From the NCBI GenBank assembly GCA_000934665.2, contig KZ538224.1, positions 248,001 through 312,000 on the forward strand: a DNA stretch of 64,000 bases, read 5' to 3'. The notes under the pieces are model-generated. The model searched no databases and was not told the DNA's origin. It saw nothing but the letters and a program-made list of their open reading frames with translations. This stretch comes from Catajapyx aquilonaris. Taxonomy: Eukaryota. The translations under genes were made by a program, and so were the position numbers. Below are positions 41,201 to 54,477 of this stretch, one piece after another; the stretch's first letter is position 1, and each line of letters opens with the position of its first letter.

Positions 41201-44200
41201 TTGGAACCACCCAAGACACTCGGCAAACGCAAGCAAGCTTGCCTGCTGGTGAAATAATCGACAACTCCAAGGCTGTGCTGCTTGCTGTTCCATTGGCAAG
41301 AAAGTGTCAGCCCAAAACAATTAGACCGGTAGTCAATTTAGACCCCAGCGACTTCTTGTATTAATTACACGGTGGGAGGCGCCACCTCTTTTTTTCCCCC
41401 TGAGACTTATCCAGATTACACAGGCGAGGAAATTGACTCTGAAAAATCTGATTGAAGAGTAACGACTTTCTAAATGGCAAACGCTGGAGGGAAGTGTGGC
41501 TAGGTAAACACTCTGCCAAATTAATGGGGCGGAGGGAGGAGGAAAAATCGGGGAGAGGGGTGGGTTTTGCTTCCCTCCTTCCCTCATCAGCTGGCTTGCA
41601 GTAATCAGCAAGTGCTGATCTCAGCTAGGAGGATATCATACATTTTTTTCCCCCTTCCCGAGGAAGATTTTCGCCAAAGACATTTTGGCGCCCCCCTCTC
41701 CCACCCTCCTAGAAACCAATTCCGACAGAAACCCTTAGTGGAATGGCAAACTTTCCCTCGTCTCCTGTTCTAATAGGAGGGGGAGATATGCCTGGTAATT
41801 TAATAGCTGTGGACATTTATAGAGAAGCTGCTCCTTGCTGATAACACCCGAGTTTCGCTGGCACCGCTTCTTAAAAACCCGGGAGGCGGAGGGATGCAAA
41901 GAGGGCTAATCAATCTTAACCAGAGTGCTTATGAATTATGTGCACATTTCCATGCCCGTAAATATTGCCGTAAATAATGGAAGAGCTAAGTGTTGTCCAG
42001 GGGAGGTCATAAAAGCCAAATGACAACAAAGGCTGGTAAGAAGCGATTAGGGGTCCACCTGGTATAATTCAAACTGCATTATATATTTTATATACCAAAA
42101 TTCATATACCCATTTTCCAGAATTGCCCTGGATCATCTTAAAAACATATATGAAATAATACTTGGCACTCATTCTATTAAAATTACATTCAAATTAAATC
42201 GCATAACTGCGGCAACGTCGCATCGTCTTATCAATTTATAACACGTAGCTGTTACTAAATTGTAACCGCTCTTCAGAACAGTCACAATTACTGCTATTTA
42301 GCTGTCAGTATCGCTGATCTTCAGAACTGTTACTTCCACTGATTTTAAAACTGTTATTGTCACTGATTTCAGAACTGTTATAGAACTGTTATTAAAACTC
42401 ATTTCGATAATTTTTGCTCATATTGTACCTGCTTTCAATATCTACTATTATTTTATGACCTTGTTGAGCAAAGTATAGTGAGCGCCATAATAACCTGAGA
42501 AACCTAATCTAACCTAAGGGAAGCTTGTACAGAGAAAATAATAATGTATGAAAAATATTTGTTTTAAGTAAACATTTCGTGCCTTACAATTGATCCGTGC
42601 AACTCCAGGTGCTTTTCCGCACTTGCTCACTTGGATTAGAGGATTGCTTTCCCAGCACCTGGGATACATTCCAAGAATAAATAGAGGCAAGATCCCCCTC
42701 AAAATGATACACCCTTCAAAATGATCACGTTTTGTTCTGAGAGAGATGGAGCTGGGTAAAAAAATAAAAGGCGGAAGTTGAGGAGTTTGAGCCAATATTG
42801 ACGCTTTATGGCCATCAAAGGCGAAGGCAAACAAAAGCTCCGTGGCAACATCACACCACGCCCGCCCCCTACTTTTTTTTTTGTTTTGCTAGCACTAGCA
42901 ACTTGCTGGGGCAGACTACCATGTGGAGTTTACTAAACGGCGACGATTTTTGGGAGAGAACTTTGCCGACGAAAAGATCTTATCTCGGGGGGTTATGCCT
43001 CCTTTTTTCTAACCTCGTGTGTCAACAATGTGGCACTAGAGGTGGTTGACTCTTTTTAAAGAGGAATTTAGTGGTAAAAAATGTCCGGTGGTGGCTAGGA
43101 AAAGGCTTATACTTCCTGTGCTTTCATCCGGGGTGGTGTTTCGTTTGGTAGGTTTTGCTGCAATGATGATGGATGGGAGTTGAAGGCTCTAAACGAATAG
43201 TGAGGTTCTTCCTGAGGAAAAGGGCAGTGCAGTGGCTGGACCCTACGCTTGGGACGGGATTGGTCACAACAAAATGAGGGTGAGAAGCTGACCTTTGGAC
43301 ACGGGTCAAGGTCAGGCTGTTGCCGGGTGGACAAAGTCGCAAAGTCGTGCTGTACTCGCGTGCTGCGTCGATTGAGTATATAGAAACATTCCTCCTCTGT
43401 GAGGTAGCATGTGCCGATTCCATTGATTTAGGAGATGCGAATCACTGCGCATTAATAAAACATTCCATCGAGCATTGTCCTGAGCTTGTTGCCATAGAAT
43501 TTTATGCGACTGTATATACAGGGGGATCGGCCATTCCTACAATTTTCCTGCCCATTGCAGTCCTATTACACAGACTTCAATGGTTGCAGCTGTGCACTGT
43601 ATTGAATAATTACAGTTTTATGTGAGGCTGACATTGCAGCCTAATCACTGTAACCGCAGAATATTGAGAATATTGCATCGACTTAACCTGTTGTTTTTGT
43701 GTAAACACTGACCAGCCTCTGGGTGAGTGACGGTTCTTACGTCACACCTTGACCAATAGCAATTTCACTCTCTCTTTGTCCGGGAATACTCGACGAGTCC
43801 ACCACAAACCGTGAGTCGGGTCTGCAGATAATTTTCGAGTTGTAAGTGCAAACAAAAGTCAGGTTGGAAACGGAGTGTTGGTTCAAGGTTCCCAGAACTC
43901 AAATTTCCACTCGAAAAGTAGACGTATGCTCCACACTCTCGCAGTATCCGGGTGTGTGGGTGTGCAAAGAGGAGTTCGAGGAGGATTCTGGGCTTTACCT
44001 TTCAGGTGACGTAATCCGGGCTTTAACCTTTTCCTTGGGTCTGCCCGCCGACTGAGAGACGGGGGAAAAAACCCGTTCAACATCGATCCGCTTTTCAAGT
44101 TCGCCTTTTTGCATTGTTCCCATCAGGTGTGTAGTGGCTCATATTCATCACACACGGCCAAGTCCACACTTTCAAAAGTTGCAGTTTCTTCGCCCCAGCA

Positions 44201-44204
44201 GCTG

Positions 44205-44900
44205 ACAAGTGACAGCAATAGCAGTGATCACTATAGCAGTGATAGCAGTTATCAATAGAAAAATTATCCCAGTAACAGTGACAAGTAGCAGTGATGGCAA
44301 TTATTAAACAAAAGTAACAGTTGCCGGTAGCATCTATAGTATAGTAACGAGAACCGAAGCAGGTTGGCATAGTGGATAGGGCGTCCGCCTGCTAATCGGG
44401 AGGTCCTGGGTTCGAATCCCGGGGCCGGCAACCCTGACCGTGGTTTTCTGTGGTTTTCCACGGTCTTCCTAGGATAATTCCGGGGTTGTTTCCATATAAT
44501 AGGCCACAGCCGCTTCCTTCCTTCCCTATCCTTGGAGGTTGAAAGGCAATGCTGGGCCAACCTCCTTAATATCAATAATAAAGTATAGTAACGAGTAGCA
44601 GTCATAGTTATCAATTTCGAAAATTACGGCTACCAGTAGCAGTGATAACAGATAAGTTATCAGTTATCACTGCTACTCGTCACTGCTATAGATGCTACCG
44701 ACAACGATTATTTTTGCTTGATTATAATTGTTGCCGGTAGCATCTAAGCAGTAACGAGTAGAGTGACAGCAGTGATCAGTAGCAGTGATAAAAGTGATAT
44801 AAGTAACAGGGGTAGCAGTTATCAAGCGATATTAATAGTTTCCGGTAGCAGCTGTAGCAGTGACGAGTACCAGTGATAGCAGTGACAATAAGCGGCAGTT
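44205..44900. repeat. Degenerate CAGTAG/CAGTGA-rich cryptic tandem repeat hosting the SINE
   Basis: Recurrent AGCAGTGATAG, CAGTAGCAG and GTTGCCGGTAGCATCTA units on both sides of the SINE. Confidence 0.6.
44352..44581 (+). mobile_element. Full-length tRNA-derived SINE with 14-bp TSD
   Basis: Pol III A box TGGCATAGTGG (44365-44375) and B box GGTTCGAATCC (44409-44419). Non-tRNA body, 3' stem GGAGGTTG/CAACCTCC (44534-44565) and an AAT-rich tail. Perfect TSD AGTATAGTAACGAG at 44338-44351 and 44582-44595. Confidence 0.92.
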
Positions 44901-46260
44901 TCTTGTGAAGTTTCTGTTGGACTGTGAGCTTGGGAGATGCACCAACCGGTACGCAGAAAAAGCGAGGGTTATTTAGTCGCGTGCTGTTTTTCCATCCTGG
45001 CCACCACAATCCAGCGGTTTTCACGGCTTCTGCTTCCATGCCCGAAACCTTCCCCGCGATGTGTTTACTGCTGCCTACCCATTTGTTTATGACTTGACAC
45101 CAGCCAGTTTTTCAATGGTCCGACAGAAAAGTCCCATCACTCACGGACTCATTTGGAAGTGTCTGCCGGATTGTTACAATCGCAACAAACAAAAAAAATT
45201 CGTCCCGAAATGCTCTTAAATCTCGTTCGGTGCCAGCCCAAGTCAATGGGGCGTGGCATGGGAATTGACCTTTATTAAGTGGACTAATAGCAGCATAGCA
45301 GCTGCTCCCGGCCGTCGTTATTATTTGCGTTCCGATATCTTCACGGCCAATTGAATTTTGACTTACGTCCGACCGTTTTATGCTAATTCGGCACCAAACT
45401 GATTACCGAACATGACATCCTGCTTAGGAAATTGGTAAACACGAGGCCCACCCCCACCCACCCACTCTCCGCTTTACAATTAGAGCTAATTAACCGGGCC
45501 ACATTAGAGCTAATTATTGGCATGACGAAACTGTGTGGGCCCCCTCCACACACACATGGACTTTGTTGCGGGTAACGGCAACGCGATGTATGTATGTGTG
45601 TGTGTGGATGTGGAAAGGGTCTCACCTCCCCCCTGATTAACTTCGTTTGGATGTCTTTTTTCCGTGATTAATTAGGCCTAATTACGGGCCCGATCAATCA
45701 ATTTCTTGGGTGCCCCCAGCTGATTTTTTGATGGTTCAGAAACGTTCACTTCGCTTTTCCATATAAGCTTACACGGTTGGAACACTCTGGTCGAGTCCTA
45801 TTGGAGGAAAAAATAAATTATTGAACCCAGCATACTCTTTGAAGAAAAGCAACCTGTTCCTTTGAAATTGTTTGCCCTATCAATCACTATTTTAAACAGA
45901 AGAGCAGCAATCAGTAATTTTCCGATGCAAGGAGTAGTACAACAAATTTTAATGTGAACGCGAGCTTATGAAGAATTCAACAACCATTTATTCGAGGTTC
46001 AAAAGTATGGCCATAGAGGTTTGAAATATCCTCCCAGGATATGTGTATGAAATATTGAAAGTATGACAGCGCCAATAGCCGGGTATAAGCCTGAAAGCGG
46101 TTCAGTGGAAATAGACCGAAAGATTAGGAGCTTTGATAACTATTCCATTTTCATACTGAAGAGAGACGGGTCGGTATCACGACGTCTCTTTTTTCATCTT
46201 TTTGCATATACAATATCTGCATTACATATGTCGTTTCATGAACGTTCAAAATTGATTCCA

Positions 46261-46645
46261 CGTAATTCGTACCAAACGATATTTGGGTTAGAAAGTCGTC
46301 ATTGTTTCAACTATTTGGAAACAGATGGTATTAGGTGCACTTGATAATCTGCTTATACTCTATAAAAGGCCAAGTTTGTTTTTTGGAATCCTTTTCAGGA
46401 AAACATTTTTCAATTTGTTTATTTTTTTATTTATTTTTAAAATGATCTGTCGCGTAATTCGTACCAAACGATATTTGGGTTAGAAAATAGTAATTGTTTC
46501 AACTTCTTGGTAACAGATGACATTAGGAGCACAGGACAATCTACATGCAGTATATAAAAGACGAAGTTCGTATGTTATTTGGAATTCTTTTCAGGATTTT
46601 TTTTTCTTCAATTTGTCGTTATTTTATTTTATTTTTAAAATGATC
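46261..46645. repeat. Tandem dimer of a ~192-bp unit
   Basis: CGTAATTCGTACCAAACGATATTTGGGTTAGAAA is identical at 46261 and 46453. Both units end ATTTTTAAAATGATC. Confidence 0.85.
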
Positions 46646-48106
46646 AGTATGCATCGACCCAGCATAGTCTGATCGTAATGCAACACCCTGTACTTGGCAA
46701 CCGAGCTACTAACCATGCGTAACAGCCAAAATGTACTGAGGGATTTCACCTGGTGTTCCGCGCATTCCCCCAGCATTTGACGCTTTTCCGCACCCAGGAA
46801 AATCCATCGCAGGTATGAACAGGTGCACAGACACACAAAAAAACACATCTGACTCAGGCGGGAAAGGTGGACGTTTCCCTCCCCACCCAACCACCCACCC
46901 TCATGGAGCCAGGGCTTGTTTAATCAATATCGAGTTGAGGCGAGGTGCGCCACTATGTCGCCGACTGAATGGACACAAAAGGTGAGGCCTTTACCTTTCG
47001 GATGATGGGTACGGCCTACCCTTCCAGGATTCGCAACATTATGAGAGAGAGAGCGTGACGGGTTATGTGCGTTTGCCTCACGCGCTGTACACGGATATGC
47101 ACTTTGCAAAGGCGCGTTTTGATGGCCGGTTTGCGAGGGTGGGGGCTATGAAATTGTTCCAGGCTTGACGATTTGGGGGTGGGGGGTGTGGACTTGATAA
47201 ACAATCGGGTCATCTTGGGGTGATGTAAAGGGCCGTTGCGATGCATGTTACCACTTTTGGGCACGGAAACACACAGGTGAGCAACTCGGATTTGTGCACC
47301 AGGTTGCTGAATTTGTTATGCTCTTACACGTTCAATAATTGCATAATGCCACGCATTTTACGTGCACAAAAAAATTCGAACCATAAACAAACCGGTGCAC
47401 CACAAGTTGCAGTGCAATGCAGTCGGTTTACGTATCAATCATTTATTACTTGTGGAGCCAACCGGTCCCTAATGCCGGGGTACAGACCGAACGTACAGTA
47501 ACCTCTAGAGACTACGCATATGTCTGAGAAACTAGTGCATTATGTATTAACTAACGTATACCATGCGTTTGATTCAGTGACTGTGCGGCTTCACTTAGTA
47601 CGGCTTCACAACAGGAAATGTTCGTCGTAAAGTTACATCAGAGCACGTTACCTTGTGTCGACGACCCCTCTCTCCTGGGCAGTGTGACACGTCACAGTGG
47701 CCGAAAAATCCTGGTGGTCCTGAGTTGAGTGAGCGGCCTGAGAGAAAGAGGGGGGCCTAATGAACCGTGCCGGGAGCAGGCACGGGCTTCAAATGGAAGT
47801 GCCGGCTACTACTACGGTCCAAGGAAGAAACGGCGTGGCCCGAGAGGGGCCTGGGAACCGAGCCGTGCTGCCATCTGCCCCCAGATAATATATACCTCAC
47901 TGTGTGTTGGCACAGGAGGGGAAGTTTGGCCCCCCCACCATCTCTTCCAGTTCTCTCCATCGCTCCACTCGCACAATCAATGGTGTCTGTGCGTGTATCC
48001 TAGTGCGCCGCTTTCACTGCCGAGTGGATCTGATTCTTGGATTGCCTACCTGACAGGATCACTCCTGTTTGCTCCCTTGCAATATTTCATTTATAACGTT
48101 ACAAAA

Positions 48107-48472
48107 TCTATACACCTAATCCCCTTATTCTCTCTGTCTGCATACATGTCCGTATGTTGACTTATCGCCTATGAAGTAGTTACCATAGTTTTCACGACTT
48201 TTTTCGTTCAGCAATTAGAGGGCATACAGCGGTCAGAAAGAGTGGGTCACACTTCACTGGAGGCGAGACACGTGCTGGTTATAGCACCCTGGTGGGCTTT
48301 GTCCGCGCGGTGACTCATCACCAACGTGCATGTAGTACTACTTTCCCCTGAGAGTGCCAGTAGTGCGCAGAGGGAGAGCCTATGCGCTAATGGTAGAGGC
48401 CTATATAGTATGTAGTACTACTTCCAAGTGGGGAGATGACCCAAGCAAATTTGGCAACGAGTCCTCTACTAG
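48107..48472 (+). mobile_element. Non-autonomous Helitron-like element, family B (5' module Y), near full length
   Basis: Starts A|TCTATACACCTAAT...TTATTCTCTC. Ends ...AATTTGGCAAC + 10 nt + CTAG|T. 48312-48395 matches the reverse complement of ~52665-52746. Confidence 0.7.
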
Positions 48473-51307
48473 TAGCCTATTATAATAACGAAAGTTTCAT
48501 ATATCCATTTCCCCCGGAAAAAATGCATACAACTAGTGCAGATTGAATTTTTGTGGACTTGGGAGCGAGGGGCATTTGCAAGCGACAATTAAAAAAGTTT
48601 AGGGCCTATATAAAATTACGCGGGTGCGCATTTAAAATAAATTGGGGAGGCAGCAATTAATTCGTAATTGTGTTTGTAATGTGTCACGACTTTCCACGCT
48701 GCTCCAATAATGCCTGCAATTTACAGCATTGTCAAAGCGACATACTGCAGAGTAACGAGCATTATTGGTTGGGACGGTTTCATGAAGCGTTGGAAACAAG
48801 CTGATAGTGTTTGCACTATTTTAAACTATATTTTTCAACCGTTTCAGAGTGTGGTGCATTATGATCCAACTTCACATCGCACCAGATGAACAATGTGAGT
48901 ACACTTTTTTAAATAATGGAAATCATTTCAGGTAAATGCTGATTAGTAACATTCATACTGAATGCACATAAGTGCTTATGTGGGAAATATTTCAAACAAA
49001 ATTTACAGGCGAAAAATTGCGAATTCGCAAGGTTTTGCTGACTCAACAGCTAACGCGCGCAGGTTTTGCGTCTCTGAGGAAAAAAATTTCTTAGCAGTCT
49101 GCAAAAAGCCTGTTCATTTCCGCAACCGTGTTTTCTAACGATTTTCCCTCGATCGAATAAGAAAATGTAATTTCCTGCGAAAAGAATGCCGCCAGTTCAC
49201 GCATCTCAAAAGTCCATCTGGGGACCTTCTTCGCCCACGACACTCCGCACAAACCAATGAAGAAGAAGGTCTGGGCCCCGAATTTCCAACAATTTTCTTC
49301 ACATCATGTTTCGCCATCGGATGTTTCTAGCTGGTGGCATGAAGAGGCAGAGAGATTTGACCCGAACAAGTCAACAATAATGGGATTACATGGAGTGTAT
49401 TACCGGATCACTAGGTCCTATTATCGCCCCGGCTGGTGTCAAAAGGTCTGATCCATTAAAGTTGCATTTAGGCAACAAAAAAAGGCGATGGGTTTTGTGT
49501 GGATACGACCACACACACACACAGCAGAGGAGAGAGAGAAAAAATGTGGGGGAAATGCTCTGTTATTTTGTAAGCACACTTGAACCGGTATGGAAAATAT
49601 GTTGGAGTAAATGACGCGTATCGATATTTGCATTCATTTGCTTTAATGGAGGACCACTTGCACCCGGGTCTCGTTTGATCGGCGAATTTGCGAATTTCCA
49701 GAGGTGAAAAACACAACGATTTGGATTTAGACTGTGCCGCCTGAATTTTTTGGTGGCTAGAAAAACGTACCGGTACGCCGATGGTATATAGTATTTAATG
49801 ACTCTATTCGATGCCAGTGCCAAGCCAAACTCAATGGGCGATATTAAAAGTGCAATTCAGGCGGCGGAGTTCCCTGCTATCAAGCCAGATATTGTCTTAG
49901 AAAAGCGACGGTGCCTGTATATTTAAAACGACTGGAGTGTGGGTAATGACCAACAATTAATTACGAAAACGGACATGAGACGTAATTACGCGGAAGAGAA
50001 ACCGCCAGTCGTTTTTGGAGTCTCTGGCAAACCCAGAAGTAATCGCCATTTTTTTCCGGGAGTGGGATGAGCCCCCGATTCTATCCGGAGCCTTCATCTT
50101 AGGCAGTAAAGTTTCCGACTGGAAACTTTACAATAGTGATGAGCCCAGTCATAACCGCCGTTAATGAGATCCAGTAATGAGTCGAGCCAACTGGAACTGA
50201 AATCGTTTGAAAACTGGCTCAGTTTTGACATTTTTGTTCCGTCCTAAGATATATAGGTGCGGAGTTCGTAAATATTCGTCATGTTTCGTGAAATTATTTT
50301 AATAATTTGTACGCATAAAATGAAAAATTAGCATATAAAGTTGTATGGAAGAAATTAATTGAATACGTAATGTAATATTTGTGCTTATGAAATTATTAAA
50401 GGCAATTCAATAATTTGGCGGCCATGACAGTTTATGACGGCAAAACTCGAATTTTTAAAGCGTCTCATTGGCTTACATGACTTGATATTTCGGAGTCGCT
50501 TTAGGTGTATATCTCCTGGCTGGTGCAATGGCGTCAAGAGCCTCAGTTATTCCGGGCCAGCTGTCCACCGGAGTGAACTCTCATCCATTCCCCGGATTTC
50601 TACGGGGCACCCCCAGGCCGCTGGAGCCGTTTGGAAAGTCAGCAAGGAGAAAAAGAATGCCCGGAGCCTTGCTGTGCAGTCGCTATTAGGAGGCCATTTT
50701 GCAGGGGCCTAATGTGCCCCGCAAGTTCCATTGCTCTCTTTTAGCTCAGGCTTCCAGGATTCCATTCCAGTCTCTCAATGTCAACCTGCACTGGCAATCG
50801 ACACCATGCACTGCATTCCCAATTGTTTTTTCTTTCTTTCTTTCTTTCTTTTTTTATCCAAGTGAGATATCGAAGGGTTGTTGCAGCAGCGTCTACCTCA
50901 TCTCTAATGCATCACACTTCTTTTATTAACAAGCTAATTCGCGCCTCCAGGAGCCTGCGTCTTTCGATCAACGCCTCGTCTTAAAATTCGACAAAGACGC
51001 TGCCAAATAATTGTCAGGGGAAATCTTGCCTTTGCAAAAGGGATGGCGAAAGACGTGCTCGAAATGCTATAGGTGTGTATTATAAAACCCTCGGCGCAAC
51101 CTTTTTTTTCGGTAGGGAAGGCCTAGATTTTTTAAAATTCAGCTTCATCTAATGAATAGAAAATTCCCTAGGAACCTTTTTGCATGAAGCCGATCAAAAG
51201 AAGGACATGTGCACCGTCTTCTGCTCGTACGAAGTCCTTGGAAAGGCAGGGAAAAGGATGGAGGCACAACCTGGATCGCTTTGATCTAGGTGATGCCACG
51301 TACGGTC

Positions 51308-51577
51308 GAGGAAAGGTAGCAGACCTGAAGCGCTCAAATTAGTCTACAAGAGAGGCCCTCCTTATGGCCGCCTTTATGATCATGTTAAGGTGGTCATTCG
51401 GAGGGCCTCTCTTGGAGGCAAATTTGAGCTTCAGGTCTGCTACCTTACTCCTTGAAGGAGAGACCCTCCGGATGACCACCTTCACTTGATATATTAAATC
51501 AACTGAAGGTGGTCATACGGAGGGTCTCTCTTGGCGGATAATTTCAGCTGCAGGTCTGCTACTTTACTCCTTTCCTC
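51308..51577. repeat. Foldback element with two related hairpins
   Basis: Arm 51309-51374 pairs with 51387-51452. A partial second left arm (51456-51484) pairs with 51504-51531, and its right arm extends to ~51571 as a direct repeat of 51387-51452. Confidence 0.85.
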
Positions 51578-52583
51578 TAGATATGAAAAGGGGCCAGTTC
51601 CACCCACGCTTGCAACATTAACCGGCCGTTATCCTCCGATGATTCCGTCGTAAGATAAGCCCAACGACCGAGCGAACTTCTGGTGATTCGTCCTGAGCTA
51701 TTAGAGACACCGGAATGACGTGAGTCGAATCCTCGATGACTTCGGGTCCTCTTTTTTCTCCCTTTTTTGTCCAGGACCGATGTTTTATTGGTAATTGGTC
51801 CCAGAGTTAGTTGAGTGCACATGGCGGGTACGTGCTGAGCCCAAGTGGACGGGTCACATGCCCCCCTTTTCCTTGTTGCAAAATTTATCAAGTTTGGTAG
51901 ATTCGCCTCCCAGCACGGAGCGAGCTAAACGAATAAGATGGGTCTCGACGGAGGTTTTCCAGCATGCAAATGGGGGGAAAGTGTAAGGGGGAGGGGGGGG
52001 GGNCTGGGATGTGGGAATGGGGAGGGGGATTCCCGGTGCTCGCAAATTGAGTTTGTGTCCCGTGTTTCTTCGTCTTTTATGACACAGGCAGGTGGGTCGC
52101 CCCCACACGGAATGGCCTCGGAGTAGCCCCCAAAATATACTGGGCTTTGTTATTTTGGGAGGCTGCATTGTCGTAATGTGCGTAATCAACGTGAAGGAGG
52201 AAGAGAGAGACATAGAAAAAATTGCATTTTTGCAGATCTTGCTTTCACTTTCTGAAGCAGGTGGGGGTTCGTACTCTTAAAAGTGGTTGGTCGTTATGAC
52301 TATCTCCGTAACCAGAAGGATCAGAGTTTTGCAAGGGTGGGGTTGAGGGACTCGAGGATTTAATTTTCGGGGAATGTACTTGGGGCAGCTGCGGTCCGGG
52401 TCGAAATCGGGAGGGGAGGACACGGATTTAAAACAATAATGGGCGTACTTTGATCACTTTTGTGGATAATGCTTCTGCTTTGAGTGTACGAGGGAGGCTT
52501 TGTGAAGTTGTTATTGCGGCTATACCGGTTAGGAAGTACAAGGGGCATACTAATTTGCTATTTATTTTAAAATTTATATATTA

Positions 52584-52746
52584 CTAGAGTGAATTCGAGT
52601 TGACAAAACTTGGCAACACGGCCCGGCTCGCTCCCTCACTTGGACGTAGTACGATGTGCCATTACCAGGTGGCGCACAGGCTCCCTCTGCACTCTACTGC
52701 CGCTCTCAGTGGAAAAGTAGTATTACATGCACGTTGGTGATGAGTC
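52584..52746 (-). mobile_element. 3' part of a family B Helitron
   Basis: The minus strand ends GTTGCCAAGTTTTGTCAAC (hairpin) + 11 nt + CTAG|T. Shares blocks with 29005-29070 and 48312-48395. Confidence 0.75.
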
Positions 52747-54477
52747 TAGCCAATTTTATATAGCATTATCATTAATTATGCCATGTATTTCTTCGCTAAT
52801 TATTCGATTGCTATTTAGCATAATGGATTGTAACACTAGCACCTCGTAATTACTCAACCCTTGCTCGGAGATGATTATAGTGCAGGATATGAACATTGCT
52901 GCAGCAGGAATGTACTCTGGATGATAATAATAGAAGTGCGAGCTGATTTGAGGGCCATCAGGAAAGGCTGGTGTTAACAGAGCAAACCTGCTTTTCTTAA
53001 ACGAGGTGGGGGCACGTAAGTTGTAAGTCAAATTAGAGCTATCCAACCGGAATGTAAGTTGAAAGGGTTGGATGGTGAGGGGGGGAGGGGAGAGCATTTG
53101 GGAAAACTTGGAAATAAGTAGTGAGTCAAATGAGTTCATTCCAGTTAATCCCTCGTTTCCAACTCGGCGCTGGAAAATTCCAGCAGTTTAATAGGCTGCG
53201 AGGCTTAATGCGGTCATCGTTAAGAAAGTCACGAAGAGGATTCTTAAACTGGGCGCATTTTAAGGAGGCTGACTCCCAGAGATAGTCCCCCCCCCTCCCT
53301 CACTCTCTCTCCATTTTGAATCGAACAATGAAAGGGAGTGTCAGGTGGCCTCATAATATCCCTTGCCCTCGGAGTCTCTTCTTTTTTCTTCTTTAAAAGC
53401 TGAAGAAGAAGAGGCTTCTCTTTGCTGCTTGCTTCATGAGGGAATGTTAATGAAGCCTCCGGCACAGCAGCAGACTTGCTAGCCCTGGCAATCAACTCGC
53501 CTGTCATTTGCAAAGTCTTGTATTTTCCTCCTTTCCAAGAGAGAGTCGCATGATGCGCCTCGCAATTATGATCCTCCGGACTCACAATGTTCCTGAGAGG
53601 GGGGGGGGGAGGCATTCGTCAGAATTAATTTTCCTCCTCGGTTGCTTTTGCTGGTTTGCTCCCGGGCGTTAACACGCACCTGATACGGCTCCATTTCACA
53701 GGATCNGTATATATATGAAACCCATAAAAATCATGACACATGCGTCCCACCCTCCCCAAAATGGAAGACCATCATTACGCAAATAATCCGGGGCCATCTG
53801 CTGCAAAGCCCGGGCAATTCTAACCCCCAAGTGTCTGTCATTATTCCGAGCATATTATTGACGTGGGGGGGGGGTGTTCCCGGGCTCGAATTTTCCAGAG
53901 TCAAAATCTCACATATTTATTGACCCACCCTGTACATGCCCAGGAAAAGGAGAACATGTGCATGACTGTAAAAATGTGCCTATAAATTACAAAACGGGGG
54001 GGATTCCACACCCCCGCTTTTTGGCATCCAAGCTCCGGGACATTTTAGTATTCCGGACTCATTTTTGTAGGGCCCCTAGTGAAAAATACGGGCATGCAAA
54101 AAGACTGGTAGGAATTTTCAGAGGAGAAAAAAAAGATCCGGGGAGAACTCGTGTGCTGACTCGATGCATCCAAACGGGGGTGGACCGGACAAGTCCTTCT
54201 GTATATAAGAACCACCAGTTGGAGGGGGAAAAAGGGGTGGTAGGGGAAGGGGGGGGGTCGATATTTGCTGGGCAGTCCGGAATAGTTGGCAAAGCGTGAA
54301 GGAACGTTTGAAAAGAAGGGAGGGAGAGAGAAAGGGCTGAAATTTTTGTTTGAAAGAAGCCTTTCGAGAGTATATATAAGGAAGGACAAGCCATCCGTAA
54401 AATTTTGGACGCAGTTTTTGCAACGACTGAAAAAGTTCGCCATGTGGAACCGGTCTTACTTCTGGGAATTTGGTCTA

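Noticed and set aside
44358..44432. Possible tRNA-Ser(GCT) gene
   Set aside because: The acceptor stem does not pair, there is no long variable arm, and the sequence continues into a SINE body with a TSD.
44205..44900. CRISPR-like or coding repeat array
   Set aside because: Eukaryotic context, degenerate units without unique regular spacers, and no cas genes.
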